Below, one piece after another: positions 50,387 through 59,815 of a stretch of DNA of 64,000 bases. Where the stretch lies: positions 1 to 64,000 of the forward strand of contig JAEOTA010000018.1 of NCBI GenBank assembly GCA_016840085.1, written 5' to 3'. A program made the translations under genes and the position numbers. The stretch comes from Promethearchaeota archaeon. GTDB taxonomy: Archaea; Asgardarchaeota; Lokiarchaeia; Sigyniarchaeales; SOKP01. The notes under the pieces were generated by a model, which worked only from the letters and a program-made list of their open reading frames with translations, had not been told where the DNA came from and did not search any database. The number at the start of each line of letters is the position of its first letter. Positions within the stretch are counted from its first letter, which is position 1.

Positions 50387-52372
50387 TTACACAGAATAAT
50401 TATTCAATGTAAACGCACTTATTTTTGAATCTATTAATTTGCTGAAGACTTTAGTTAATGAAATTTCATCAATATTGAAATGATTGTTAAAAACTATTCC
50501 ACCATTCAGTATTGTTTCGAATTTTTTGAATAGGACGATCTTCTTATCTAATGATAAGGGGGAATTTTTTCGAATAATTGTTGAAGAATATGATTTGATT
50601 TTTTCTTCATTTAGAGTTATTCCATTATACCATGAGTCTTTTAAATACATATCGTTGTGAGGTTGACTGAGAATATAATAATCATTATCCTTTTCATTAT
50701 TTTCATTAATAATTTGTCTTATAAGAGATAATATTTTTAAGGCGAATGATGTACTATTTTTAGTTCTATCAAGTTCTATTCCACAATGATTTAAAATTGC
50801 TTTATTTAAGCCGAAAAAACTAATTGATTTTACAGCCTGACTATATATTTCTTCTTCAGATTTCTCAAAAATCTGTGAGGTTAGGGAATTCCACTCCCTA
50901 ATAGATTTTAATTTCTTTCTTACCAGTGATTCTTTAAACTTAAATAATTCAAAAATAGAAACTAATTTTTCTTGTAATAATTCAAAAAATAAGTCGTCAT
51001 TGTGGTTTGATTCAACTGAAATCATATGTAAATTTATTAAAATCTTATCTAGTATAATCCTATTTTCTTTAGGATTCTCTATTTTAATTAAGGTCGAATT
51101 TAATAAATCAGAAGAAGTTTTATGATAAAATATTAAATTTTGTTCAAATAATTTTGAAAGATAGTTTTTAACAGAACTATTTTCTAAATCTGATTGAGCT
51201 ATTTTGGCATAATCAAACAATATTAAGGGTTTATTATGGATATTTTTTTGTTTAGTTAAGGAATTAAGAATATTATTATTAATTTTAAAATGAAGAGAAC
51301 TCTCATTAAATGAATCCGCGTTAGAACAAAATTCTAACGATAAATGAATTTTATTATCATCAAGAAAATTATTAAATCCAAACATTTGGAAGGCTAATAA
51401 GTCGAAAAAATATAATTTGTGTTCTGGTAGATCAAAATGTGAAAGAAATTGGTTGTTAAAATCACCTAATAAAAGATCTTCAGAAAAAAATTGTTTTAAT
51501 TGATATAAAAGATGGAAAAATTTAAGGAGTAGATATGAATAATCTCTACTTTTTTCTATTTTAGTAGGGAGAATAGAATTTTTCTTAAAAAGAAAAGACA
51601 TTAGATTTTTAGTATTTAGATACAAACTTAAGGGTCTTAGACTCCAGTAGTTCAAATTTAAAAGCGCAATCTCTCCTGTCAAGTATAAATCTGCTAGGTT
51701 TTTTGGAAGGAGATTTAAGAGTAAAAACTGCTCAGACACATCGGAACCCAATCTAGTAATAAAATTCTCAGGAGTGATCTTGGTAATGTTCGAATCAAAT
51801 AATTGAAATGCTTCGGATGGAGGTGTTCCTAATCGAGTAAGTTTATGTCTAACTTCTTCTAAACCATTTTCTAAAAGAATTGCATTAATATATTCACGCA
51901 TTAATGGTGCTGTCATATAATCTATATTAGTCTTTGAAAGACGTTCTTCTACTTCATGGACAATTTGTTTAGCTAAATAACGCTCTAGTTCACCCTCGTT
52001 TACTAAGTATTCTTCAATTTTCTTTATATCAAACTTTTCTTTAGAATATTTTGAAGTTCTAATCATTCTTACTTTGTTTTGATTAATAAGAATTTGCTCA
52101 ATCGATAAAATATTATTTAAAATTTGCTCTCCCAATAAAGATATTAAATATCCTTCTTCAGAGGATTGAATTAATTTGCTCCTTTTTAAGGTTTTTAAAT
52201 GGAAAGACAAATTAACAGAAGAAAGATTAATTCCTAAAACTTCCTTCTGAAGCTTTGAAAATGGGATTGGTATTTGAGTATTTTTTAATTTTTTTAAAAT
52301 GTCAATCCTAACCTTTTGGCCTAATGTTTTTAATTGTTTTTCTAAAAGGGTTTGGTTTTTGTCGGTATCCAC
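50387..52372 (-). CDS. wHTH + ATP-cone + degenerate class III ribonucleotide reductase (NrdD)-like protein
   Basis: N-terminal ArsR-like wHTH (RIDILKKL..LSFHLKTL...LI), ATP cone (RTS...E.FD..KI...L..E...TAPL.RE.INA.LLE.G), RH.LTRLG, NrdD-like blocks (I...GLN.A...HCG.EL; F...L.GG). Lacks the C-terminal Zn/glycyl-radical segment. Confidence 0.75.
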   Translation of the reverse strand: MDTDKNQTLLEKQLKTLGQKVRIDILKKLKNTQIPIPFSKLQKEVLGINLSSVNLSFHLKTLKRSKLIQSSEEGYLISLLGEQILNNILSIEQILINQNKVRMIRTSKYSKEKFDIKKIEEYLVNEGELERYLAKQIVHEVEERLSKTNIDYMTAPLMREYINAILLENGLEEVRHKLTRLGTPPSEAFQLFDSNITKITPENFITRLGSDVSEQFLLLNLLPKNLADLYLTGEIALLNLNYWSLRPLSLYLNTKNLMSFLFKKNSILPTKIEKSRDYSYLLLKFFHLLYQLKQFFSEDLLLGDFNNQFLSHFDLPEHKLYFFDLLAFQMFGFNNFLDDNKIHLSLEFCSNADSFNESSLHFKINNNILNSLTKQKNIHNKPLILFDYAKIAQSDLENSSVKNYLSKLFEQNLIFYHKTSSDLLNSTLIKIENPKENRIILDKILINLHMISVESNHNDDLFFELLQEKLVSIFELFKFKESLVRKKLKSIREWNSLTSQIFEKSEEEIYSQAVKSISFFGLNKAILNHCGIELDRTKNSTSFALKILSLIRQIINENNEKDNDYYILSQPHNDMYLKDSWYNGITLNEEKIKSYSSTIIRKNSPLSLDKKIVLFKKFETILNGGIVFNNHFNIDEISLTKVFSKLIDSKISAFTLNNYSV

Positions 52373-52687
52373 TTTTCTTTTTGAAATTATATTCTTTCTT
52401 TAAATATGCTTATCTAAATAATATGTTTAATAATTATATAAAAATTTAGGAATTTTCTAAATAGTCAATGATTTTAGATAATATGTGGGTGATATGAACC
52501 TTTCTTTTAAGAGATTAAACATTATAGTTAAATTATTTTCGTCAAAAAAATATTTAACTTCTAAATCTCATCTTTCCACATTATTGTAATTATAAAAATT
52601 GGACTCCTTTTTGATTAAATTTCTTTTTATGTATTAAAAAATTATAAAAATCATTTTTAAAATCTTTGATAAAAGCGTGAAGTTTAA

Positions 52688-54163
52688 ATGACAGATAAAA
52701 AGCAATCTACTGAATTAGTATTAGGAGAAAATGAAAAAGATATTCTGGAGGACAATAGTAAACACTATTTCCAAGTAGATTTTTTAAAAGCGGCGATGAT
52801 ATTTTTAGTTATTTTTGATCATATGGTATCTTGGGGTGTAAAGCGCGATATTGGTGTAACACTTTGGGAACGAATATCTATTCCCATATTTTTAGTGATA
52901 ATAGGATTTAATATGGGGCTTTCCTTTAAAGGGAAAGGGGATCTAACATTAAAGCAATTATATTCCAAAGAGTATTTCAAACGAAAGATTTTACGATACA
53001 TTGTCCCATTTCTTATTCTATATACAGTATCAACTTTTATAGGATTGTTTATGTATGGATTTGATATTATTGAAATGTATGATCGACAATTTTATCCCTC
53101 TCATGGGTTCATGAACTTATTTATAGGAATATTACCTTTTTGGGGTCCAGGAAATTGGTTCATACCTGTGATTTTGCAGTCGATTTTAATATTGCCTTTA
53201 CTTTATAAAGGGTTTACTAAAAAACCTGTTCTGACTTTAATTCTATGTTTTCTTGTGGAAATTGCTATGCAAACAACTGTGTTTTTCTTAATAGGAGAAA
53301 TTTCATCATGGGAAGAAATTCATATTTATAACATGTTTGCGACAAGTATTTTATTCTATCTTTCTGCTGTTGGATTAGGTATGTGGTTCTCATCTGGATA
53401 TAAGCTTGAAGAAAATAGAAACTTTTTTATGTGGTTTTTGTATCCGATTAGTTTAGCGTTTATTATTGCGTATCAATTCTTTGGTTTTAGATTCATGATT
53501 GGCAATGTTTCATTTTTAAGGGGAGATTACCATTTATTAATTTTTCCTTATTCTGCGTTTTTGTTTTTACTCGCCATGAGATTTTTACCGCAAAAATCAG
53601 AAAGGCGAATCTCACGAGCAATAACACTGATAGGGAAATCTACTTATCATATCTTACTCATACAAATTTTAGGATATGGCATGATTACTGCTTATTGGGG
53701 AACTCATTATGGGATAGATGTTGGTTTTGAGCCCGATGTAATATTGGACATGATAACTGCTTGGATCCTTTTCATCTCATTCGGAATCCTATGGTATAAA
53801 ATAGATCAAAACAAGGATATATCAAGACGTGTTCTTTATTATATAAATTTTTTCATCGTATTTACCTCACTATTATTTTTTTCTTTCTGGGCTCAAGGCT
53901 TCTGGATACCGATACCACTTCTAATCATCCTTGGCTATGCAGTTATAGCTTTAATTACTATCTCTATTATTAAAAAGCCACTTAAAACAAGGATTTTGGG
54001 ATACTGGAGTTTATTTTTATTGGTAACTTTCATAATGTTAGTTCTACAGGTATCAGTCTTTCAACGGAGCGAATTTTGGATCTCATTGATTCCTATTGGA
54101 GTTTGCCTTATTTTTGCGATATTAGGGACACTTTTGGTTTATTTTCCAATTAAAAAAAAATAA
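52688..54163 (+). CDS. Acyltransferase-3 family membrane protein
   Basis: DFLKA.MIFLVIFDH, IPIF.VI.GF, GPGNWFI, IGK.TYHI.L.Q. Confidence 0.8.
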   Translation: MTDKKQSTELVLGENEKDILEDNSKHYFQVDFLKAAMIFLVIFDHMVSWGVKRDIGVTLWERISIPIFLVIIGFNMGLSFKGKGDLTLKQLYSKEYFKRKILRYIVPFLILYTVSTFIGLFMYGFDIIEMYDRQFYPSHGFMNLFIGILPFWGPGNWFIPVILQSILILPLLYKGFTKKPVLTLILCFLVEIAMQTTVFFLIGEISSWEEIHIYNMFATSILFYLSAVGLGMWFSSGYKLEENRNFFMWFLYPISLAFIIAYQFFGFRFMIGNVSFLRGDYHLLIFPYSAFLFLLAMRFLPQKSERRISRAITLIGKSTYHILLIQILGYGMITAYWGTHYGIDVGFEPDVILDMITAWILFISFGILWYKIDQNKDISRRVLYYINFFIVFTSLLFFSFWAQGFWIPIPLLIILGYAVIALITISIIKKPLKTRILGYWSLFLLVTFIMLVLQVSVFQRSEFWISLIPIGVCLIFAILGTLLVYFPIKKK

Positions 54164-54281
54164 TTTATAATTCTCTTTTTTTAATTATTAAAAACTGGAC
54201 TACTAATATCTTTAATAACAATTTATTATTTTTTTAAATATCAATTATTTTTAAATTACTAAGTTTGGAACGTGTTTTTTT

Positions 54282-54956
54282 ATGAGTATGAATGTAATTA
54301 AAAAAAAATTTAGTGTAGGAACTATAGGGTTATGGGCAATCTTCTTTATTGTCACTATTGTAATGGTAGGTCTACTAATAGGAGAAGTTTTCTTTGAATC
54401 TGATATTTGGATACCTATTATCCCAATTGGGGTTTTACTAGTTTTAGCAGTTATGGCTACTGCTGTAGAACTTAGATCTGAAAAGAGGGTTAAAATAGGT
54501 ATTATTGGAGCATGGACAATATTTTTAATAACCACAGTTGTAATGGCCGCTCTTATATTCGGAGAAATTTTCTCACCTGATGAGTTTTGGATTCCTATGA
54601 TTCCAGTCGGAACTTTATTTATTCTCGCAATTATCCCCACAATTTTACATTACATCTCAGGAGAAGTAAAATTTTGTCCTAAGTGTGGAAAAAAGTTTGA
54701 AAAAAAATGGGAATTTTGTCAAGAGTGTGGTAAGAGAGTGCTTATGGCCTGTCCATCTTGTGGTACGAAAGTTAAGGGAAATCCTAAATTCTGTCATAAA
54801 TGTGGAACAAATTTAAGCGAAGTTGAAATTGTACAAATTTTTCGACCTCCTACGAAACCAAAAGCTCAGAATCAAGCTAATTTTTGTCATCAATGTGGAG
54901 GCCCTGCAAATCCAGAAGCTAAGTTTTGCGGGTTTTGTGGTGCTCCCAAAACATAA
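54282..54956 (+). CDS. Membrane protein with duplicated TM hairpin and multiple zinc ribbons (DZR)
   Basis: Two ~55-aa hydrophobic repeats, then six CxxCG knuckles (FCPKCG, FCQECG, CPSCG, FCHKCG, FCHQCG, FCGFCG). Confidence 0.85.
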   Translation: MSMNVIKKKFSVGTIGLWAIFFIVTIVMVGLLIGEVFFESDIWIPIIPIGVLLVLAVMATAVELRSEKRVKIGIIGAWTIFLITTVVMAALIFGEIFSPDEFWIPMIPVGTLFILAIIPTILHYISGEVKFCPKCGKKFEKKWEFCQECGKRVLMACPSCGTKVKGNPKFCHKCGTNLSEVEIVQIFRPPTKPKAQNQANFCHQCGGPANPEAKFCGFCGAPKT

Positions 54957-55024
54957 TTACTTTCTATTTTTTTATTGGTTTTAGAAAATTAGAATCAAGA
55001 AAATTAGGATTTTTAGTTAGAATT

Positions 55025-55642
55025 CTATCTTGCAGAAACAGCAATTCTCTCAATTTCATCTTTTCGCTTAACAGCTCGAGAATCTTGACTATTTCTACTT
55101 GCTAAAATTAATTCTTGTGCTATATTCTCTTCTAACATCCGTTCACTTATATGGGATCTTGCACCAATTGCTTGAACGATATATTTGATAGCTAAGTCAA
55201 CTCGTCGTTGGGGCGCGATATCTACTGCTGAAGCATAACTAATGCCCCCCATAGCGATCTTGGTGGTTTCTTCTCGAGGCGCAGTATTCACTATTGCGTC
55301 TATTAAGACTTGAATCGGATTTTGATCAGTATTCAATTCAATTAAAATAAAAGCATTTTTTATATTTCTTAATAATTTTGATTTCTTTCCTGAATGATAT
55401 GAGCTTTTATGACCCTTAATTCTACTTCCAATAAAACCTGGAGAAAGTAATCTATTTGTAAAACGCTCAATAACAGAGACTTTTGAACTTTTCCAAAATC
55501 TTCTATGCTCATGCCTCCCAGCAGAATGAGGAATAATGATAGGTTTTAAGTTGATATAGTTTTCAAGTGTTCTATCTTTTATTTCAATATTATCAAAAGA
55601 CCATCTATTAAATAGTTTTATTTCTTTTTTTGCTTTGCTCAT
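55025..55642 (-). CDS. rps7: 30S ribosomal protein S7
   Basis: KLF.RWS...I.I.D..L..YI, PH..GRH, NPIQVL, APREE, VDIAPQRRVD.A, K.DE.ERIA.SAR. Confidence 0.97.
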   Translation of the reverse strand: MSKAKKEIKLFNRWSFDNIEIKDRTLENYINLKPIIIPHSAGRHEHRRFWKSSKVSVIERFTNRLLSPGFIGSRIKGHKSSYHSGKKSKLLRNIKNAFILIELNTDQNPIQVLIDAIVNTAPREETTKIAMGGISYASAVDIAPQRRVDLAIKYIVQAIGARSHISERMLEENIAQELILASRNSQDSRAVKRKDEIERIAVSAR

Positions 55643-55660
55643 TTTTACTTACCTCTTAGA

Positions 55661-56089
55661 TTATCGTAAGGGTTTCTCCTTCTTTCCTTGAAGTAATGCC
55701 TCTAAGCTTACACCATTTACCTTAACTACCTTGTAACGAACACCAGGAAGATCTCCAATACTTCTCCCTTTTGCACCTCCAATCCCCTCAATTATAACCC
55801 GATCATGTTCTTCTATGAAGTTAAGCGCTCCATCTCCTGGAAGGAAGGCTGTTACACTTTTTCCATTCTTTTTCAATTGAACTCTTACACATTTTCTTAT
55901 CGCAGAATTAGGTTGTTTACTCTCTCTTCCCACCTTTTGTAATACGATGCCTAAAGCTTGGCATGCTCCTTCTAATGGATCTGCTTTTTGTTTTAGCTTG
56001 AGCTTCCTTCTTTTATATTTAGTTTTAGACCATTGAAATTTCTTTCGATTGGCTTTAAGTTTTCTCGCAGAGTAAAGTCCTTTTGGCAC
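55661..56089 (-). CDS. rps12: 30S ribosomal protein S12
   Basis: [40 protein letters not shown]. Confidence 0.98.
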   Translation of the reverse strand: MPKGLYSARKLKANRKKFQWSKTKYKRRKLKLKQKADPLEGACQALGIVLQKVGRESKQPNSAIRKCVRVQLKKNGKSVTAFLPGDGALNFIEEHDRVIIEGIGGAKGRSIGDLPGVRYKVVKVNGVSLEALLQGKKEKPLR

Positions 56090-56189
56090 TTATTTTACCA
56101 CCAAAATTTAATTAATTATAATGTGAAAAAATACATCCTTAAACTTAAAATTTTTGTATAGAATTTAGTTTTATTATTTTTTTAGCATT

Positions 56190-57437
56190 TTATTCTACTC
56201 GTAAATCAAGACTTTTAATAGCATTATAACAAATATCAATGCAAGCATTTAGATTTGTTTTCGAGCATTTATCAGGAGTATCTCTTTTAGAATGAATATA
56301 TTTTACATCTTTATCTGATATAAAAGCGCTGACCTGAAAACCATCTTTCCCCGCTTTTTTAGCAAAAGTTTGAAAGACTTTATGATCACTGAAATTTCCT
56401 AAAACCATAGTTTCTTTTACAAATGATATTTTTTGATGAGTAGCTGATGCTTCTAAAATATTGTTTAAATTTGTATTTATTTTTTTCTTCTTAAATAATC
56501 CAGCGATATCTACTAGGCCTACGTACGTTCCCACCATGTCGATATTAATGTTATAAGATTTATCTAAATCATAGTCATGATTTAATTCTTCGAAATGTTT
56601 TAAACAATATTGTTTTGAGCCCATGTAGCCCATTTCCTCAGCTCCACACCAAATAAATATGACGTCAGTTTTCTCAAGCGGGTTTTTTTTAATTAATTTT
56701 GCTAATTCTAACAAAATTGCGATTCCACTTGCATTATCGATAGAACCTATTGATTCATCTAATTTTTTATTCTCAAGAATAACAATTATCATGATAAGAA
56801 GAGATCCTCCGATAATTAATGAGATATTTCTTAACAATAAAAAAATATTATCTATTTGAATGATAGAAAATAGAGCTAAAAGAGACCATATTGAAAGAAT
56901 TAAGGTTAAAATAAAATATGCTAAAAAGAGAATAAAAGTGGATATATATAGGACTATCTTCATTTTCATCGAATATCTTTGAGATAAAGTATCATGATGA
57001 GCTGAAAAAATAATAGCAGGTCTTCTTGGATATATGTCTTTAGCATTAATTGTGGCTATAACATTTTTAGACTCTTGTTCTCTGCCAAAATGTAAAATTC
57101 GTGTACTATCGAATAAAAATTTCACCCCGAAATAAATAATGATAATAAATAGAATATCCAGTGGCAAATAAATCCAAGCAATATTTGGGTAAAATGAAAT
57201 TATTCCACAAATAAAAATATAAATAAAGATAAATATAAATCCCAATTTTGTTAAAATTGTTAATGAAATATACCATTCAAAAGTTTCTACAGAAGTTTGA
57301 ATCTTCTCCTTATCTAGGTCCTGCATTATGTAATTTATACTTTTAGTTTCACCTTCTGTTGCTGCCCGTCTTTTAAAAGCAAGATTTTTTACATGATTTT
57401 GTGCTGCTTGCTCGTCATAGAGAGTTAAGGTCGACAT
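56190..57437 (-). CDS. Membrane-embedded M28 family metallopeptidase
   Basis: NVIA, SAHHD, DNASG, GAEE.G..GS, NIDMVG, SDH, IHS..D; TM hairpins inserted in the domain. Confidence 0.88.
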   Translation of the reverse strand: MSTLTLYDEQAAQNHVKNLAFKRRAATEGETKSINYIMQDLDKEKIQTSVETFEWYISLTILTKLGFIFIFIYIFICGIISFYPNIAWIYLPLDILFIIIIYFGVKFLFDSTRILHFGREQESKNVIATINAKDIYPRRPAIIFSAHHDTLSQRYSMKMKIVLYISTFILFLAYFILTLILSIWSLLALFSIIQIDNIFLLLRNISLIIGGSLLIMIIVILENKKLDESIGSIDNASGIAILLELAKLIKKNPLEKTDVIFIWCGAEEMGYMGSKQYCLKHFEELNHDYDLDKSYNINIDMVGTYVGLVDIAGLFKKKKINTNLNNILEASATHQKISFVKETMVLGNFSDHKVFQTFAKKAGKDGFQVSAFISDKDVKYIHSKRDTPDKCSKTNLNACIDICYNAIKSLDLRVE

Positions 57438-57570
57438 ATGAATTAATTTAAATATTAATTATTAGTAGAAAAAGGGGATTATTTTTATTTCTAATGGTTA
57501 AATTCTTATTTCGTTAGAAAAGTGATAAGAGACAAATAATTTAAAAGAGTTAAGGAAATTTTGAATGTAA

Positions 57571-58050
57571 TTAGATATTTTTAGTATTAATAATTACATT
57601 ATCGACTTCAAAATACCTTATAACCAATTCTTTTATTTTCCTTATCATAGAACCTTCTTTACCTATAGCCTTTCCACGATCTTGAGGCCGAACAGTTATA
57701 ATAACTGTTTTCTTTTGGTTTCGACTACTTTCCTTTATTTCAATATTTTGAACTACAATAGAATTTTTGGTAGTTTGCAAAATATTTTTTATGAATTGAG
57801 TAAGGTTTTCAGAGAAGGCTATTACATCTATCTTTTTTTGTAGTTTTGATTTTAAGTCTTTAACATGTTCCCCTGCTTTTCCTATAGCTTTTCCTACATC
57901 TTCATCTTTAACTAAAAAGATGATCACTTCTGCATTACTCTCAAGATTCTTAAATATCAGGCAATCTTTTATTATAGCACCAGAAATATTATTGAATAAT
58001 GAGATAAGTTCCATTGCCTCTCTATCGATTTTAATGTTTTTTTTTAGCAT
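57571..58050 (-). CDS. nusA: Archaeal NusA (KH-domain) protein
   Basis: Two KH motifs, VGKAIGKAG and RGKAIGKEG; follows L30e. Confidence 0.93.
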   Translation of the reverse strand: MLKKNIKIDREAMELISLFNNISGAIIKDCLIFKNLESNAEVIIFLVKDEDVGKAIGKAGEHVKDLKSKLQKKIDVIAFSENLTQFIKNILQTTKNSIVVQNIEIKESSRNQKKTVIITVRPQDRGKAIGKEGSMIRKIKELVIRYFEVDNVIINTKNI

Positions 58051-58082
58051 TTTTAAATTACATTTAATTCTTAATTTTAATA

Positions 58083-58454
58083 TTATCTTCTCAAACTTAA
58101 CAAATCAGAGTCTCCTTCATCAAAAACAGCTATTACTGAGATCATATATGGTTTAGCACATGCTAATCCAAGATCCCAACTAGAACCCTTATATCTATGG
58201 ATATATATCTTATCTTTCATAAGAGCATTATAATGATTAAGTTGACTTTCTAAATTTTTGGGACAATTGTTAGCTATAATTAGCATCTTAATAGTCACAT
58301 CTTGCCTAAAATGTTTTAATATTCGATTTTTGCCATATACTATTTTTCCTGTTTTATAAGCAACTTTAATATTAGTATCAATGTCAAACTCTTTCGTCTT
58401 TTTACGAGATAAATCAAGTTTTTCTGCAACCTTTTTAGTTTTCTTCTTTGACAT
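58083..58454 (-). CDS. rpl30e: 50S ribosomal protein L30e
   Basis: KTGK...G, IIANNCP, YKG...DLG.AC.KPY.IS..AV.D.GDS. Confidence 0.95.
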   Translation of the reverse strand: MSKKKTKKVAEKLDLSRKKTKEFDIDTNIKVAYKTGKIVYGKNRILKHFRQDVTIKMLIIANNCPKNLESQLNHYNALMKDKIYIHRYKGSSWDLGLACAKPYMISVIAVFDEGDSDLLSLRR

Positions 58455-58592
58455 GATCTTTTCAATACGTGTTTATATAATAAGTTATAATGATAAATTC
58501 ATTTTTAATTTTTTTTTGGATTCCTTAATTATTTGTTTTTATTATAAGTTTATGTTTTAAAATTATATATCAATCCAAGTTAACTAAATAGT

Positions 58593-59798
58593 TTATTCCG
58601 TATTTTTTTTCTTCTTTTTCAATATTAACAGATTTGCATCTAGATCAAACATTACACTTACGCGTCCTGAACCAATCGGACTTATTTGACCCACAATAAC
58701 ATTCTCGGGAATTCCTAGGAGACGTTCTTCCTCTCCGTATAACCCTGCATCTAGAAGCTGGTTTACAGTGACCTCAAAAGCAGCACGAGCAAAAACACTT
58801 GATTTTGAACCAGAGATCCCATGTCGTCCTATTGACTGGATTGAACCTGAATAGCACATTAAATCAGCTAAAATAAGTAGATGCCTTAAATCAACATCTA
58901 ATCCTTGTTGTTCAAGAACTTTTTGAGATTCTTGTATTATCATTTGCCGTGCAGCTTCTATGCCATATAATTTTTCAATTTCATGAATATGATTTGAAAC
59001 TGATCTTTTATAATCTACTCCCTCAATTTGAATTACTCCTTGCAAATTTGTCCCTTCTGTTTTAATTACCCATTCTGAACCATCATCTGAGGGAGTTAAT
59101 AAGCCTCTTTTTATGCCTCTAACACCTTTTACAACCTTTTTTAGAATTTTCTCTCTTAATTTTTGTAAACTCTGTAAATCTTCTATTCCGGGATCAATTA
59201 TAATAGAACTTCCCTCACGTTTAATTGTACCTTTTTTCTTATATCGCTTTAATACTTCAGGGATTTCATCTATATCTATTCCTTTCTTTTCGCAGATCTC
59301 AGGAATTAGATTAACAATAATTTGCCAGTTAACAAAATCAAGATCAACATCTGAAGTTATCTGCTCTATACGTATCTGTTCAATACGATTATGGACTTTA
59401 ATCGCTTGATCTTCCTCTTCCCGATATAAATCTTCTAAATATACCTCCATAGCAGGGGTTGATGGAAATCTCCTCGCATCTACTATTTCAATTAGACGCG
59501 GAAGGCCTTGAGTAACGCTGAACTCTTCAACTCCTGCGTAATGAAATGTTCTTAAAGTCATCTGGGTTCCAGGCTCACCAATAGATTGTGCAGCTATGGT
59601 TCCTACGGGTTCTGAAGTTTCTACAACAGCATTATTAAAGTTTATAAAAACTTTGTTAAGTAGATATTCTAATTGTTCTTCCTCTAAATCCTCATCTTTA
59701 ACCTTTTCTCGAATTTTACTTATTAAATCTCCTGGTATCCCATCATCTTGAAGCTCTGTTAATTTTTCCTCTAAAATTTGTTGATTTACTTTAACCAT
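58593..59798 (-). CDS. rpoA2: DNA-directed RNA polymerase subunit A'' (Rpo1C); start ATG 59798 after AAGGAG
   Basis: [65 protein letters not shown]. Confidence 0.97.
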   Translation of the reverse strand: MVKVNQQILEEKLTELQDDGIPGDLISKIREKVKDEDLEEEQLEYLLNKVFINFNNAVVETSEPVGTIAAQSIGEPGTQMTLRTFHYAGVEEFSVTQGLPRLIEIVDARRFPSTPAMEVYLEDLYREEEDQAIKVHNRIEQIRIEQITSDVDLDFVNWQIIVNLIPEICEKKGIDIDEIPEVLKRYKKKGTIKREGSSIIIDPGIEDLQSLQKLREKILKKVVKGVRGIKRGLLTPSDDGSEWVIKTEGTNLQGVIQIEGVDYKRSVSNHIHEIEKLYGIEAARQMIIQESQKVLEQQGLDVDLRHLLILADLMCYSGSIQSIGRHGISGSKSSVFARAAFEVTVNQLLDAGLYGEEERLLGIPENVIVGQISPIGSGRVSVMFDLDANLLILKKKKKNTE

Positions 59799-59815
59799 AA
59801 TTCTACTACTCCTTT

